DNA of 64,000 nucleotides from Phormidesmis sp. (GCA_965248535.1 CBDFJR010000005.1:1088001-1152000); one strand, 5' to 3'; positions 22,758 through 32,335 are shown, counted from the stretch's first letter. Notes: generated from the letters alone by a model not told the origin. Made by a program: numbers and translations.

Positions 22758-24476
22758 TTAACGGCTCTTTTGGGTTTTCTTAGTCTTTTCTTTCTCTTTC
22801 TGTTTTTCTCGCTTTGCTTCAACTTTCGCGGCTTTCTCGGCTTCGATCGCGTCTAACTGAGCTTTCTCTTTTTCTTCAGCGACTTTATCGAGATAGTAGT
22901 GATAATCGCCGCGATAGAGCCGCAGTTCGCCATCTCGAATCTCGACGATTTTGTTGACGGTCTGAGAGATGAAATAGCGATCGTGGGAAACGATAATCAC
23001 GCTGCCGTCATAGTTCTGAATCGCTTCTTCCAGCATTTCTTTAGCAGGAATATCAAGGTGATTGGTCGGCTCATCTAGAATCAGCAGATTGGCGGGTTGG
23101 AGCAGCATTTTTGCCAAAGCCAATCGGGCTTTTTCTCCACCACTCAAGGCTTCTACCTTCTTAAAGACCGTATCGCCACTGAACAAAAATCGGCCTAACA
23201 GCGTCCGAACTTCTTCATTCGTCCATTTAGGAACTTCGTCGTGAATGGTTTCGATCACCGTTCTGTTTAGATCAAGCGCTTCTGCCTGGTTTTGCTCAAA
23301 ATAGCTGGGGATCACGTTATGATCCCCTAACTTAATGCTGCCATCGGTCGGCTTTTCTGCGCCTGTAATCAGGTGTAGTAGGGTCGATTTGCCTGCGCCA
23401 TTGGGGCCCAGAAAGGCAATGCGATCGCCGCGCTCAATCAGCAAATCGGCTCCTAAAAACAGAATTTTCTCGCCGTAGGTGTGAACCAGGTTGTCAATCA
23501 TCACCACTTCTCGTCCACTGCGAGGGGCGGGTGGAAAGCGAAAATGCAGCCCTCGCACGTCACTATCGGGTGCTTCAATCCGCTCGATTTTGTCTAGTTG
23601 TTTTTCGCGGCTTTTTGCCTGGGTGCTGCGGGTGGCGCTAGCCCGGAAGCGATCGACAAAAGTCTGCTGTTTCTCTAACTCTTTTTGCTGACGCTCAAAG
23701 GCGCTCATCTGGGCATCGCGCTGTTCTTGTTTTTGCAGCAGGTAGGTGGAGTAGTTGCCGAGATAGGTGGTCGAAACGCCGCGCTCGGTTTCAACAATTT
23801 GGGTGCAGAGTCGATCGAGAAACTCGCGGTCATGAGACACAATCACCATCGGAGTTGACAACCCTTTGAGGTAGGTTTCTAACCACTCGATCGTTTCGAG
23901 ATCTAAGTGGTTAGTCGGCTCGTCGAGCAGCAGCAAATCGGGCTTTTGCAGCAGAATTTTGCCTAAACTCATTCGCATTTGCCAGCCACCACTAAAGGCG
24001 CTAACCAAGCGATCCCCGTCTTCGATCTCAAAGCCCAACTCCGGCATGATCTTCTCAATTCGAGCGTCTAAGCCATAGCCGTCCAAACCTTCAAATCGTC
24101 GTTGCAGCTTGTCCATTTTGTGGATCAGCTTGTCTAACTCTTCAGGATTGGCGGTCTCCATGTCGCGATGCACCTGAGTCAGTGCGTCGTGAACATTGTT
24201 TGCCTCGCCAAAGGCGCGCCAAAATTCTTCTCTGACAGTGCGGGTGGGATCAACTTCAAATTCTTGCGTCAAATAGGCGATGTGCAGACTAGCCGGACGG
24301 ATGACTTCTCCGGTGGTCGGCTCCATTTCGCCCGCGACGATTTTAAGCTGGGTCGATTTTCCTGCCCCGTTGACCCCGACCAAGCCGATGCGATCGCCAA
24401 CTTTGACCTCCCAATTAATATCTTTCAACACTTCGCCAGTCGGATAGATTTTGCTGACGTGTTCGAGTCGCAACAT
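22758..24476 (-). CDS. ABC-F family ATP-binding protein (start ATG 24476)
   Basis: Two ABC cassettes (GVNGAGKST / FSGGW / DEPTNHLD, twice); no transmembrane segments. Confidence 0.92.
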   Translation of the reverse strand: MLRLEHVSKIYPTGEVLKDINWEVKVGDRIGLVGVNGAGKSTQLKIVAGEMEPTTGEVIRPASLHIAYLTQEFEVDPTRTVREEFWRAFGEANNVHDALTQVHRDMETANPEELDKLIHKMDKLQRRFEGLDGYGLDARIEKIMPELGFEIEDGDRLVSAFSGGWQMRMSLGKILLQKPDLLLLDEPTNHLDLETIEWLETYLKGLSTPMVIVSHDREFLDRLCTQIVETERGVSTTYLGNYSTYLLQKQEQRDAQMSAFERQQKELEKQQTFVDRFRASATRSTQAKSREKQLDKIERIEAPDSDVRGLHFRFPPAPRSGREVVMIDNLVHTYGEKILFLGADLLIERGDRIAFLGPNGAGKSTLLHLITGAEKPTDGSIKLGDHNVIPSYFEQNQAEALDLNRTVIETIHDEVPKWTNEEVRTLLGRFLFSGDTVFKKVEALSGGEKARLALAKMLLQPANLLILDEPTNHLDIPAKEMLEEAIQNYDGSVIIVSHDRYFISQTVNKIVEIRDGELRLYRGDYHYYLDKVAEEKEKAQLDAIEAEKAAKVEAKREKQKEKEKTKKTQKSR

Positions 24477-24623
24477 GAGGGAGGCTCCAGAGAATCGGGT
24501 GAGAATTGTGAAATCGTAAGTAAATCTTAACAAACGCTGGCTCGATCAAACGGGATTCGATCGGGCGAATCTTAGCAAATCATGATCTGTTGATTGGGAA
24601 TCTTGCGTTGTTTGCAGGGTCTT

Positions 24624-24650
24624 GGGGGCACGGCGATGCCATGCCCGTAC
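24624..24650. repeat. REP-like palindrome GGGGGCACGGCGATGCCATGCCCGTAC
   Basis: GGGCACGGC-GAT-GCCATGCCC imperfect hairpin; a degenerate relative GGGCACATCAATGCCCTAC lies at 54259-54277. Confidence 0.6.
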
Positions 24651-24688
24651 TCAAGGGAAATAAAGGGAAAAAGGGGAGGGCTGCGGGT

Positions 24689-25981
24689 TTAGATATCGGG
24701 TTCTTCGGCGATCGTGAAGAAATCAGCCTGTTCTTGCAATGAGGCTTCGAGTAGGTCGGTCGCGCCCAAGTTGACGCTTTCTTGATAAAGATAAGCGATG
24801 TCTAACGCTTCTAAGGTTGCCCGAATATGGGTGCGAATGGGTTGACTGCCGATCGCTTGAATCAATTCAGCAACATCTAGTTTTGCATCCCAAGCGTAGG
24901 ATACGCCGTGAAGTTTGACTAGATGATTGAGTAACTGAATCAAACTAGTAGTTTCTAGGGGGCGAATCGTGGGACAAGTTGACCCGATCGCAGTCTCAAA
25001 GAAATTTTGCATCACCGGGCCCGCATCGGTGCCAAATTTCTCGCTCGCTAACTCAGGAATTTGGCTACGATCGTTCTTGGCGCTGGGCGTACTGGTGCCG
25101 CTAAACCAAACATCATTTCGCAAACTAGAGGCAACCACTCCGAAGGTGTAAATCGGATAGGGATTCTCGCAGAATAATTCTTGCTCTCCATCTCGGCGCA
25201 CGGGGCGATCGCTCCAGTTCAGCAACCAATTGAGATTGCGATAGGCCTGAAGCCGTCCGACTTTGCCGAGTCGCCCGATTAATTCGACCTCATCGAGCAA
25301 CAGCACCCAACCTTTGTAGCCGCACAGCGCGATCGCGTCTGCCATCACGCCAAAATAGGCGCTGCCGTGCTGCGTAGTGCGAAAATTCATCTCAAATTTG
25401 GGCAACGACTCGCCTCGGCAGTTGCGATGAATGCGCTTCAGTTCGGGGCTGGTGATCCGCGTGCCCATCAAGTCGCCGTAGAGCAGATCCTGTTCTTCGC
25501 CAGAGGTGAAAAAATAGTCTTCCAAGACGATTTCTGGGAGAGGATGACTGTAGCGATCGCGCTCCGCAAGGCGGCTGTTGAGCAAATCTCCCGCTTTTTT
25601 AGAGCTTAACGCTTTGGTCAATCCTGCCAGTTTAGAGTCAGGTGTGCGAAGCACCGAAGCGACTCGTCCATAAAAGTTAAGCAGGTGATGACAAGACACT
25701 TCCCGGCTGAGAGAAACTCGACTAACGGCAAATCCCAGATCCAGCGCGACGTGTTCAACCGTGGTCAGGGCATGGGTTTTTCCTTGTCCGTAAGGCCCCC
25801 AAGCCAGCCGTCCTACAGGACGTTTGCCCTGAGAGAACTGCTCCAGATCCTGTCGAATCAGGTCGGTTAAAGATTCTCGCAGATCGGGCAACTCTCGCGT
25901 AGAGGTGCGGGTGGGAATTCCAGCCCGAAGCGACTCGACAACGGCGATCGCCTTTCTGCGATTAGCGTCATATCGTTCCAT
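24689..25981 (-). CDS. DUF2791 / BrxD-like P-loop ATPase (copy 2)
   Basis: VESLRAGIP, Walker A GPYGQGKTH, ALDLGFAVSRVSLS, Walker B WVLLLDEVE. Confidence 0.8.
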   Translation of the reverse strand: MERYDANRRKAIAVVESLRAGIPTRTSTRELPDLRESLTDLIRQDLEQFSQGKRPVGRLAWGPYGQGKTHALTTVEHVALDLGFAVSRVSLSREVSCHHLLNFYGRVASVLRTPDSKLAGLTKALSSKKAGDLLNSRLAERDRYSHPLPEIVLEDYFFTSGEEQDLLYGDLMGTRITSPELKRIHRNCRGESLPKFEMNFRTTQHGSAYFGVMADAIALCGYKGWVLLLDEVELIGRLGKVGRLQAYRNLNWLLNWSDRPVRRDGEQELFCENPYPIYTFGVVASSLRNDVWFSGTSTPSAKNDRSQIPELASEKFGTDAGPVMQNFFETAIGSTCPTIRPLETTSLIQLLNHLVKLHGVSYAWDAKLDVAELIQAIGSQPIRTHIRATLEALDIAYLYQESVNLGATDLLEASLQEQADFFTIAEEPDI

Positions 25982-26029
25982 CGCGGTCTACCTCAAAAAT
26001 TTGGAACAGGATGTTTTGATGCACTCGAT

Positions 26030-27211
26030 TTATCCGTCGCTTAGTGCCATTAGCGTTGCGCCAATCACGTTGGCTCGAAGTTGGCTATAGCCATCCAAAG
26101 TCGGGAGATCGCGATCGACCACCTGAAATCCGGCTTCTTGAAATAATCGCCGCAGTCTCATCTGCACCGCCTGCGGAAAGCCTTTACCGTTAGCAACGAG
26201 ATGGCTATCCGTATCTACAATGTCGGAGAGCGGATTGAACTTCTCGATCGGCAGCAGACCCGTTTGTAATCTCATCCATAACGCTTCGTAGCTTTTGAAG
26301 CCGCGCCGATCGTCGTCAATCATCTCGCGCCGACCCGCCAGCAGCAGCAAAAAATGATCCAGCAGTTCGACATCATCAATAATCTGGCGAAACAGTTCGC
26401 AGGTGTCTTTAATGGCGTTGGCGGTATATCGAAAGCGGCGAGTTTCAGGATGGCGCTCGGTCATGACTTCTAGATCGTCGATCGCTACCACCAACCCCGT
26501 CATGCCCGCCAGATGCAGTAGCCGGATTAAGGAATTTAACCAGTAGCGGGCGTTTGGTTTTTGCAACCGTTCGTAAAGCAACGTCGATTGCTTTTGGTGT
26601 CGCTCTAGCTTCTCGCCAGACAGCCACTTTAACGCCAGCCGAACGCTGTCTTCATTGCCGCTGATCAGTCGATTGCTGATCACGCTGTAGGCAAACGCCC
26701 TAAACGATGAGCCAAAGTCAACATCTCTGAGGGTCAGCCCGATCGCTCGTTTGATCTCATGCACTGCTAAATCGCGAGTCAACCCCTGATCTTCAATCAG
26801 CAAAGACAGAATCTGATCGCTGTCGTCATATTGCCCATAGCCCAGTTTTTTGGTGACGAGTTGGCATAGTCCACTTACCAACCGCTCTTTGTCAAGTTGT
26901 TGCACGATCGCCCGATAAAACCCTGGCAAGTCGTTGAGGCGATAGTCTCGTGCTGAGAGATAGACGGTTTGATAATCCTGCGTTTGGGCATCTTGCAGCC
27001 CAGAGCGCAGCAGATGTGTTTTGCCTGTGCCCACACCGCCCACCAGCACTTTGACCTTGCTGCCACCATCGGCAATGTAGTTAGTTAAATAGTGTTCGCG
27101 AAGATAATCGAGCCAGCGATCGCGCCCCAAAGTCATTCCCGTCAAAAGCTCTTGATTGACCGGAGGCTGACCCGACAGCAATGCTTCAATATCCAGTTCG
27201 TCGATCTGCAT
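26030..27211 (-). CDS. DUF2791 / BrxD-like P-loop ATPase (copy 1)
   Basis: GGSKVKVLVGGVGTGKTHLL, ALKWLSGE, Walker B LVVAIDDLE, GFKSYEALWMRL. Confidence 0.8.
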   Translation of the reverse strand: MQIDELDIEALLSGQPPVNQELLTGMTLGRDRWLDYLREHYLTNYIADGGSKVKVLVGGVGTGKTHLLRSGLQDAQTQDYQTVYLSARDYRLNDLPGFYRAIVQQLDKERLVSGLCQLVTKKLGYGQYDDSDQILSLLIEDQGLTRDLAVHEIKRAIGLTLRDVDFGSSFRAFAYSVISNRLISGNEDSVRLALKWLSGEKLERHQKQSTLLYERLQKPNARYWLNSLIRLLHLAGMTGLVVAIDDLEVMTERHPETRRFRYTANAIKDTCELFRQIIDDVELLDHFLLLLAGRREMIDDDRRGFKSYEALWMRLQTGLLPIEKFNPLSDIVDTDSHLVANGKGFPQAVQMRLRRLFQEAGFQVVDRDLPTLDGYSQLRANVIGATLMALSDG

Positions 27212-27219
27212 CGGTCGCT

Positions 27220-28023
27220 CTATGCCTCTTCAACTAGATGAATCGCCAGGGTGCTGACTCGGCTTTCTTGCCCTTGACTATTGACCAGCAAAAAGCTGCT
27301 GGACTGGTTACGAGAGGGTTCTAGCTCAAACTGATAGCGATCGTAGCGAATCTCGGTCTGTTCTTTGAGTCGCGCTAGATCGTAGATAAATAGTGGCTCA
27401 GGATAGTCTTGCTTAGTAGATTGCTTGAGCGTCAAGAGGCGATAGATGTCTTTGAGCGGCACAGATTGCCCCCACACCACCTCTTCTTTTTGCAGCATCA
27501 GCCGATTTAGCATTTCATAGGGGCTGAGTAGCTCTCGACAAAAGCGGCCCGCGTCAAATTTGCTGTCAATCACTCGTCGATATTGTCCGGCAACCCAGGG
27601 CGCTAACTGCTCAGGGGCAAAGGCTTTGATCTGCTGCGATCGCCGCCCCATGCTCAACTTCACCACGCCCTGATCGTGGCTAAACGTCAGCTTAAAGGGC
27701 GGAAACTCGTAGGTTGGAAACTCGCCCCTGACGGGAATTCCGGCTGCTTTGAGAGCACTCTCTAACTCCGTTGGGTAGTCATCAGACGAGACAAAATCTT
27801 GATCGGCTTGCAGCGCCTTGCGGATCACGGTTTGTTGGTCAGCCCAGCGATCGCCTAGCCTGCCTATTTCGTCTGTCAACACCTCTAGCGTTTGAGTCGA
27901 GGTTTTGAGATCCCATTCTTTGCGAGATTTCTTGACCGCAGCCCACACTTTGATCAGGCGCTTTAAGGCAGCATCAATCTCACTTAAAGCCAGTTTTTCT
28001 GATGCACTATCGGACGATTCCAT
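27220..28023 (-). CDS. Hypothetical protein (267 aa), first gene of the DUF2791 operon
   Basis: Long ORF 8 bp upstream of the ATPase; helical N-terminus; no family recognised. Confidence 0.75.
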   Translation of the reverse strand: MESSDSASEKLALSEIDAALKRLIKVWAAVKKSRKEWDLKTSTQTLEVLTDEIGRLGDRWADQQTVIRKALQADQDFVSSDDYPTELESALKAAGIPVRGEFPTYEFPPFKLTFSHDQGVVKLSMGRRSQQIKAFAPEQLAPWVAGQYRRVIDSKFDAGRFCRELLSPYEMLNRLMLQKEEVVWGQSVPLKDIYRLLTLKQSTKQDYPEPLFIYDLARLKEQTEIRYDRYQFELEPSRNQSSSFLLVNSQGQESRVSTLAIHLVEEA

Positions 28024-28075
28024 GACTTGGAGGAGTTAGAGAATTGAATTCTCCCTATCGTATCGCACAGTTGAG

Positions 28076-28426
28076 CTACCCACCCTCAAAACTACTCGGC
28101 TCCAGAACAAAGAGACCCTCTGAATCTGGCTCAAAATCTACAACATCCACCACGGCATCAAGATTTAACTCGCCATATAAGTGAGGGAATTGTTCGCCGC
28201 CCTCCAACCCTTCGTACTTAATTTCGGACTGCACTTTAGCCGGATCGATGCAGAGCAAGACCAGCGATCGTTGACCCCGATAAAACGAGTTGGCCACCCA
28301 AACCACTTGTTGAGTCGTTGAGCAGTGAATAAATCCCTCAGAGTCTAATGACGCACAGCGATAGACTCCCGTTTGCTTGGCGTTTTGCCACTGCTGATTA
28401 GAAGTGATGTGCAAAATCCAACTCAT
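28076..28426 (-). CDS. DUF952 family protein
   Basis: SLDSEGFIHCST, FPHLYGEL. Confidence 0.85.
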   Translation of the reverse strand: MSWILHITSNQQWQNAKQTGVYRCASLDSEGFIHCSTTQQVVWVANSFYRGQRSLVLLCIDPAKVQSEIKYEGLEGGEQFPHLYGELNLDAVVDVVDFEPDSEGLFVLEPSSFEGG

Positions 28427-28460
28427 GGCGATGACGAGAGCGTTTCTCTAGGGGTCATCG

Positions 28461-28637
28461 CTAATTAACTCCGCTCAGTTGCCCAGCGACAGCATGGAGT
28501 TGCGGGTTAAGGATAGGCAGAGAAAAGGCGTGAAACCCGGACAGCCCAGGATTAACCTCTGATTTGGGGCTACCCATACCTGCCAGAAGGCTCAGTAGTA
28601 GGGTGATAGCTGCGGCTTGAAGGAGTCTTTCTAGCAT
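28461..28637 (-). CDS. Unannotated 58-aa small protein with signal-peptide-like N-terminus
   Basis: MLERLLQAAAITLLLSLLAGMGSPKSEVNPG...GVN*; purine-rich GAGAGGTCGGAG directly upstream; below the ORF-track cutoff. Confidence 0.6.
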   Translation of the reverse strand: MLERLLQAAAITLLLSLLAGMGSPKSEVNPGLSGFHAFSLPILNPQLHAVAGQLSGVN

Positions 28638-28772
28638 CTCCGACCTCTCGATTCCAGGAACTTGTTGATGTGCGATCGCGCTTTGTCAGTGATTCTACCC
28701 AAGTCAGTGATCTTACTTAAGTAGGATGCGATCTACATATCCTTTAGCTTCTTCTATTTGAGGGAAAGAGGC

Positions 28773-28788
28773 TGTGACCGCTCTCACT
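28773..28788. promoter_or_regulatory. CRP-like site TGTGA-N6-TCACT
   Basis: One mismatch to TGTGA-N6-TCACA; intergenic, upstream of the 58-aa ORF. Confidence 0.35.
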
Positions 28789-28885
28789 TCGTCAAAAAAT
28801 TTATCATTCCCTTACATTCCAGGGTAGTTAAAGGAAGGGAACGCGATCGCCCCCCTCCAAGCGCCGCCAGATCACAGACCCCTGT

Positions 28886-29347
28886 TCACGCAGCATTGCA
28901 CCGAATCTCAATCAAAAACCCATCTGGGTCATAAAAGTAGATGCCCCGTCCCGTCGGACGGCTCACCGGGCCGTGATCGATGAGAATCTGATTTTGGTTG
29001 AGAACGTCAACCGCCTGATCAAAAAACTGAGGCGCAATATCAAAAGCGAGATGATTGGCGCGAGTAAACTGCTGGTTGGGGTCAGGGTGAGGCGGAGACA
29101 AGTCTGGCTCCCAAAATAAATCAAGAATAGTGTCATCGGGCGTTTTAAAGTTCGCCACTTTTCCGGCGGCGACTTCTGCCTTCAGGGTTTCGGGCACCTC
29201 TGCCCCCGTTAATTCATGCAGCCCTAGGATTTTGCCGTAGAAGTGCCGTGACCTTTGCATCTCTTTGACGTTGAGGGCAATGTGATGGACGCGACGCAAA
29301 CAGCCCAAGGGCAAAGCCGTGTTGAGAGAAGGAGAACTGGAAAGCAT
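28886..29347 (-). CDS. VOC/glyoxalase family protein (start ATG 29347)
   Basis: VHHIALNV..FYGKILGL, NHLAF, YFYDPDGFLIEI. Confidence 0.88.
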   Translation of the reverse strand: MLSSSPSLNTALPLGCLRRVHHIALNVKEMQRSRHFYGKILGLHELTGAEVPETLKAEVAAGKVANFKTPDDTILDLFWEPDLSPPHPDPNQQFTRANHLAFDIAPQFFDQAVDVLNQNQILIDHGPVSRPTGRGIYFYDPDGFLIEIRCNAA

Positions 29348-29588
29348 AAAAGTTTTAACGCTCACTACTCTCTTTTTTAGCGCGAGATGTGAAGCATTTA
29401 TCAAGTTTGCAGTCTAGAAGAGCCTTAACGTTCATCCTAGGGCGGTGATTTAATACCAGAAATTCTACGCTTGAAGTCTAAGCACTAAAAATGCTAGGAG
29501 TAGGGGCGAATATTCTCGTTGAGGGAAAAACTTTCCTAGAGATAGATGTTTCTACTTTACAAAAACTTTATACTGTTGCACAGTTAAT

Positions 29589-29604
29589 TGTATCGACTAC
29601 TACA
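29589..29604. promoter_or_regulatory. NtcA-like box TGTA-N8-TACA just downstream of a TATACT -10 (29569-29574)
   Basis: TGTATCGACTACTACA, exact GTA-N8-TAC. Confidence 0.5.
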
Positions 29605-29622
29605 AATAAACTCTAGATACTC

Positions 29623-30885
29623 ATGCCAATTTTTGGACTTGTTTGGGTAGCCTCCTGGTTTGGCTCCTTTTCATCGCTAACAGAAAAAGTGTTTGAAGCG
29701 CCTCGATATCTCTCGCACGTTTTCTTTAGCCAGCCCGCTTTGACTCCTGACGATTTTTCTCGTGACTCTGAAACGGACTCTCCGTCCATTTCATCATCGC
29801 TAGTTGAGAGACTCAATTCTAAATTTAGCCTGATCAGCGATCGTGCCATTCACTCCCCCTCATCGCCTACTGTTTGGCTGGGCGTGATCGAAACTCTTCT
29901 ATTGACTCCCGTCTCTCAGCCCATGAGCTACTCTCTAGCGCTGAGTCAGAGTGTGCATGGTCATGCCATCAGCCTCAATGAAGCCCCCGTTAGCCAACCT
30001 AACGGAAACCCACTCAATTATTTGCTGGGAGTGGTGCAAAACTTCTTCTGGGCAGTTCCTCCGGGCATCGCAGCCCCCGATTTTGCCCATCCAGCACCGT
30101 CTGTGGTCGTGATTCAGTCAAGCTCTGACAACCCGACAAGCCAGATAGATATGAAAGCTGGCTATTGGCGATGCGCCGCCTGGCAAGAGCCAACCCCCTC
30201 ACAGTCTGCGTCGGGGAGCTTTCAGATCTGGGTAAAGGGCTGTTTAGTGGCAGAAGTCACTGAGCGATCGACGGCTGACAGTCTGGCAGAAAGCCTCACC
30301 CGTTTGTTGGGAAACCCTGACTTAGATGTGTCTCAACTGACTCCTGGTTATGACCAAGATTTGCCGATCGGCAAACTGGGCGATCGCGTGGTGTTCAAAT
30401 TCGATCGTGACCTAGCGGCTCAGTTTGATCGGCCTGCTGAACTGGTAGCCATCGATTGGGTAAACAATTTACGCATCGCCCTAGGGCGCGACCCTCTCTC
30501 AATGGCAGATGCTCAGATCAGAATGCACAGCCTACAAGACACTGGCAGCAGCATTGGGGGGTTAGCCTCTTGGTATGGCCCTTATTTCCACGGGCGACAA
30601 ACGGCAACGGGTGAGATTTTTGATCAAAATGAGTTGACAGCAGCCCACCCTTCTCTCCCTTTTGGGACGTTTTTGAAAGTGACTAACTTGCTCAACGGCA
30701 AAAGTGTCGTCGTGCGAGTGAACGATCGCGGCCCTTATTTCGACAATCGCATCTTAGACCTATCCAACCGGGCGGCTCGCTGCATTGGTAGCGATGATCA
30801 GGGTGTCGTGCCGATCGAAGCTGAGATCATGCTGCCAAAAACAATCACCCGTGCATCCTCAGGTCAAGAGATGGCAAAGCTCTAA
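29623..30885 (+). CDS. rlpA: Septal ring lytic transglycosylase RlpA family protein
   Basis: C-terminal DPBB: GLASWYG..TATGE..TAAHPSLPFGT..VRVNDRGP..ILDLS. Confidence 0.85.
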   Translation: MPIFGLVWVASWFGSFSSLTEKVFEAPRYLSHVFFSQPALTPDDFSRDSETDSPSISSSLVERLNSKFSLISDRAIHSPSSPTVWLGVIETLLLTPVSQPMSYSLALSQSVHGHAISLNEAPVSQPNGNPLNYLLGVVQNFFWAVPPGIAAPDFAHPAPSVVVIQSSSDNPTSQIDMKAGYWRCAAWQEPTPSQSASGSFQIWVKGCLVAEVTERSTADSLAESLTRLLGNPDLDVSQLTPGYDQDLPIGKLGDRVVFKFDRDLAAQFDRPAELVAIDWVNNLRIALGRDPLSMADAQIRMHSLQDTGSSIGGLASWYGPYFHGRQTATGEIFDQNELTAAHPSLPFGTFLKVTNLLNGKSVVVRVNDRGPYFDNRILDLSNRAARCIGSDDQGVVPIEAEIMLPKTITRASSGQEMAKL

Positions 30886-31514
30886 ACAGAGATGCCAAAC
30901 GGCAGAATGATGTGGCGAGTTGAGTCGATTGTCAGCCATCCCTCTTCGCGCAACTGTCCGAGTAGCCGGGTGATGGTGACGCGAGTGGTGCCGATCGCAT
31001 TGGCTAAATGTTGGTGAGTCAACCGCACGTTGAGCCGCATTCCTGTTTTTACAGGCTGCCCTACTTCGTGCTGAAGCAAGATTAGGAGTTGTCTGAGTCG
31101 ATCTTCTACCCGGCGGCACCCTGCCAGGGCCAAAAAGGCTTCCGATTGTTGTAATCGGCGACTCAAGTGTCGAAAAATCTCTTGAGACAGTAGGGGAGAT
31201 TGCTCAATGTCGCTCATGCTCACCCCCATCAAATCAACGTCGGTCAGCGCGATCGCCTGATAGGGATTGATATAGGTGAGGGGCAACCCAAACGGCATTG
31301 AGCCACTCACCAAACCCAGCAGGGCCTCATCTCCCGTGGGGTAGAGAGTGCTAAGTAAAACGACCCCCCGGCAAACCACCCAAATCTCGTGGGGATACAT
31401 TTGAATTTGCTGTCCGCTGCGATAGGGATGCAGGGTGCGTCCTTGATAGCGCTGCTCTAAAATTTGGCGCAAATCAGAGGGATGGGGAGCTTCTGAAGCA
31501 AACGATTGGATCAT
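30882..31514 (-). CDS. Crp/Fnr family transcriptional regulator
   Basis: cNMP-like domain plus HTH LTHQHLANAIGTTRVTITRLL. Confidence 0.9.
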   Translation of the reverse strand: MIQSFASEAPHPSDLRQILEQRYQGRTLHPYRSGQQIQMYPHEIWVVCRGVVLLSTLYPTGDEALLGLVSGSMPFGLPLTYINPYQAIALTDVDLMGVSMSDIEQSPLLSQEIFRHLSRRLQQSEAFLALAGCRRVEDRLRQLLILLQHEVGQPVKTGMRLNVRLTHQHLANAIGTTRVTITRLLGQLREEGWLTIDSTRHIILPFGISV

Positions 31515-31695
31515 GGGAAATCACGCTATAGCAGATCCTCGCGTTCACTTTAAAGCCTGAACCTCAAGAGAAGGTAATTTGCAGGTTGGGGTCTGGTTAA
31601 GCTTTGGGTAAGACCCCTGAAGTTGACCCCCAAAAACTCAAATGATTTCTTCGTCTTGCAGGCTCCTCAACCTCGCTACAATAATCAAGAAGTAG

Positions 31696-32328
31696 ATGAG
31701 GGCAGACTTGCAGGTGACTCACGATCGAGCAACTCCTAACAGCGACGAACCATTGCCTGATCAGAAGGCACTTTCTCCTAGCTACTACACGTTGCTGGGG
31801 TTACGCCCGTCAGCATCGGGGCCAGATATTCGCCAGGCTTATCGCGAGTTGAGCAAGCTTTATCATCCAGATATCACTCAGTTGCCATCGGCGATCGCGA
31901 CTCAAAAGTTTCAGCAACTCAATGAGGCTTATGCGACGTTGAGTAACGGCGATCGCAAAACTGCCTATGACTTAAAAATTGGCTATTCCCGCGTGGTCGT
32001 GACTAGACCTCTGCCAAGTCTCAATCGCCCTCAGCCTAAATACTCCAATTCTTCAGCCTATATTGATGCCACCGATCGTCCGCTCTCACCAGGTGAAATG
32101 TTTGCCCTATTTATTTTGGGGCTAACTTTTTTGGCGTGTTTGCTATTGGCGATCACGATCGGGTTTACTAGAGGTGAAACGGCCTTTCAACCGATCGTCG
32201 CAGATATTCCCCTAATTCAAGAAACCGTGCCTGATCTAAAGCCATTTTTAGCAGACCCGACGGCAACGGTTACGCCTGCGATTCCGGCTCCATCTGACCC
32301 GATCGATCTCATCCCACCTAACGATTAA
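31696..32328 (+). CDS. J-domain membrane protein
   Basis: YYTLLGL..YHPD..LNEAYATL; one TM helix. Confidence 0.88.
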   Translation: MRADLQVTHDRATPNSDEPLPDQKALSPSYYTLLGLRPSASGPDIRQAYRELSKLYHPDITQLPSAIATQKFQQLNEAYATLSNGDRKTAYDLKIGYSRVVVTRPLPSLNRPQPKYSNSSAYIDATDRPLSPGEMFALFILGLTFLACLLLAITIGFTRGETAFQPIVADIPLIQETVPDLKPFLADPTATVTPAIPAPSDPIDLIPPND

Positions 32329-32335
32329 AGACTGC

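Noticed and set aside
24689..28023. Calling the locus a complete BREX or Shango system
   Set aside because: No pglZ, pglX, brxC, TerB-domain gene or adjacent helicase in the neighbourhood
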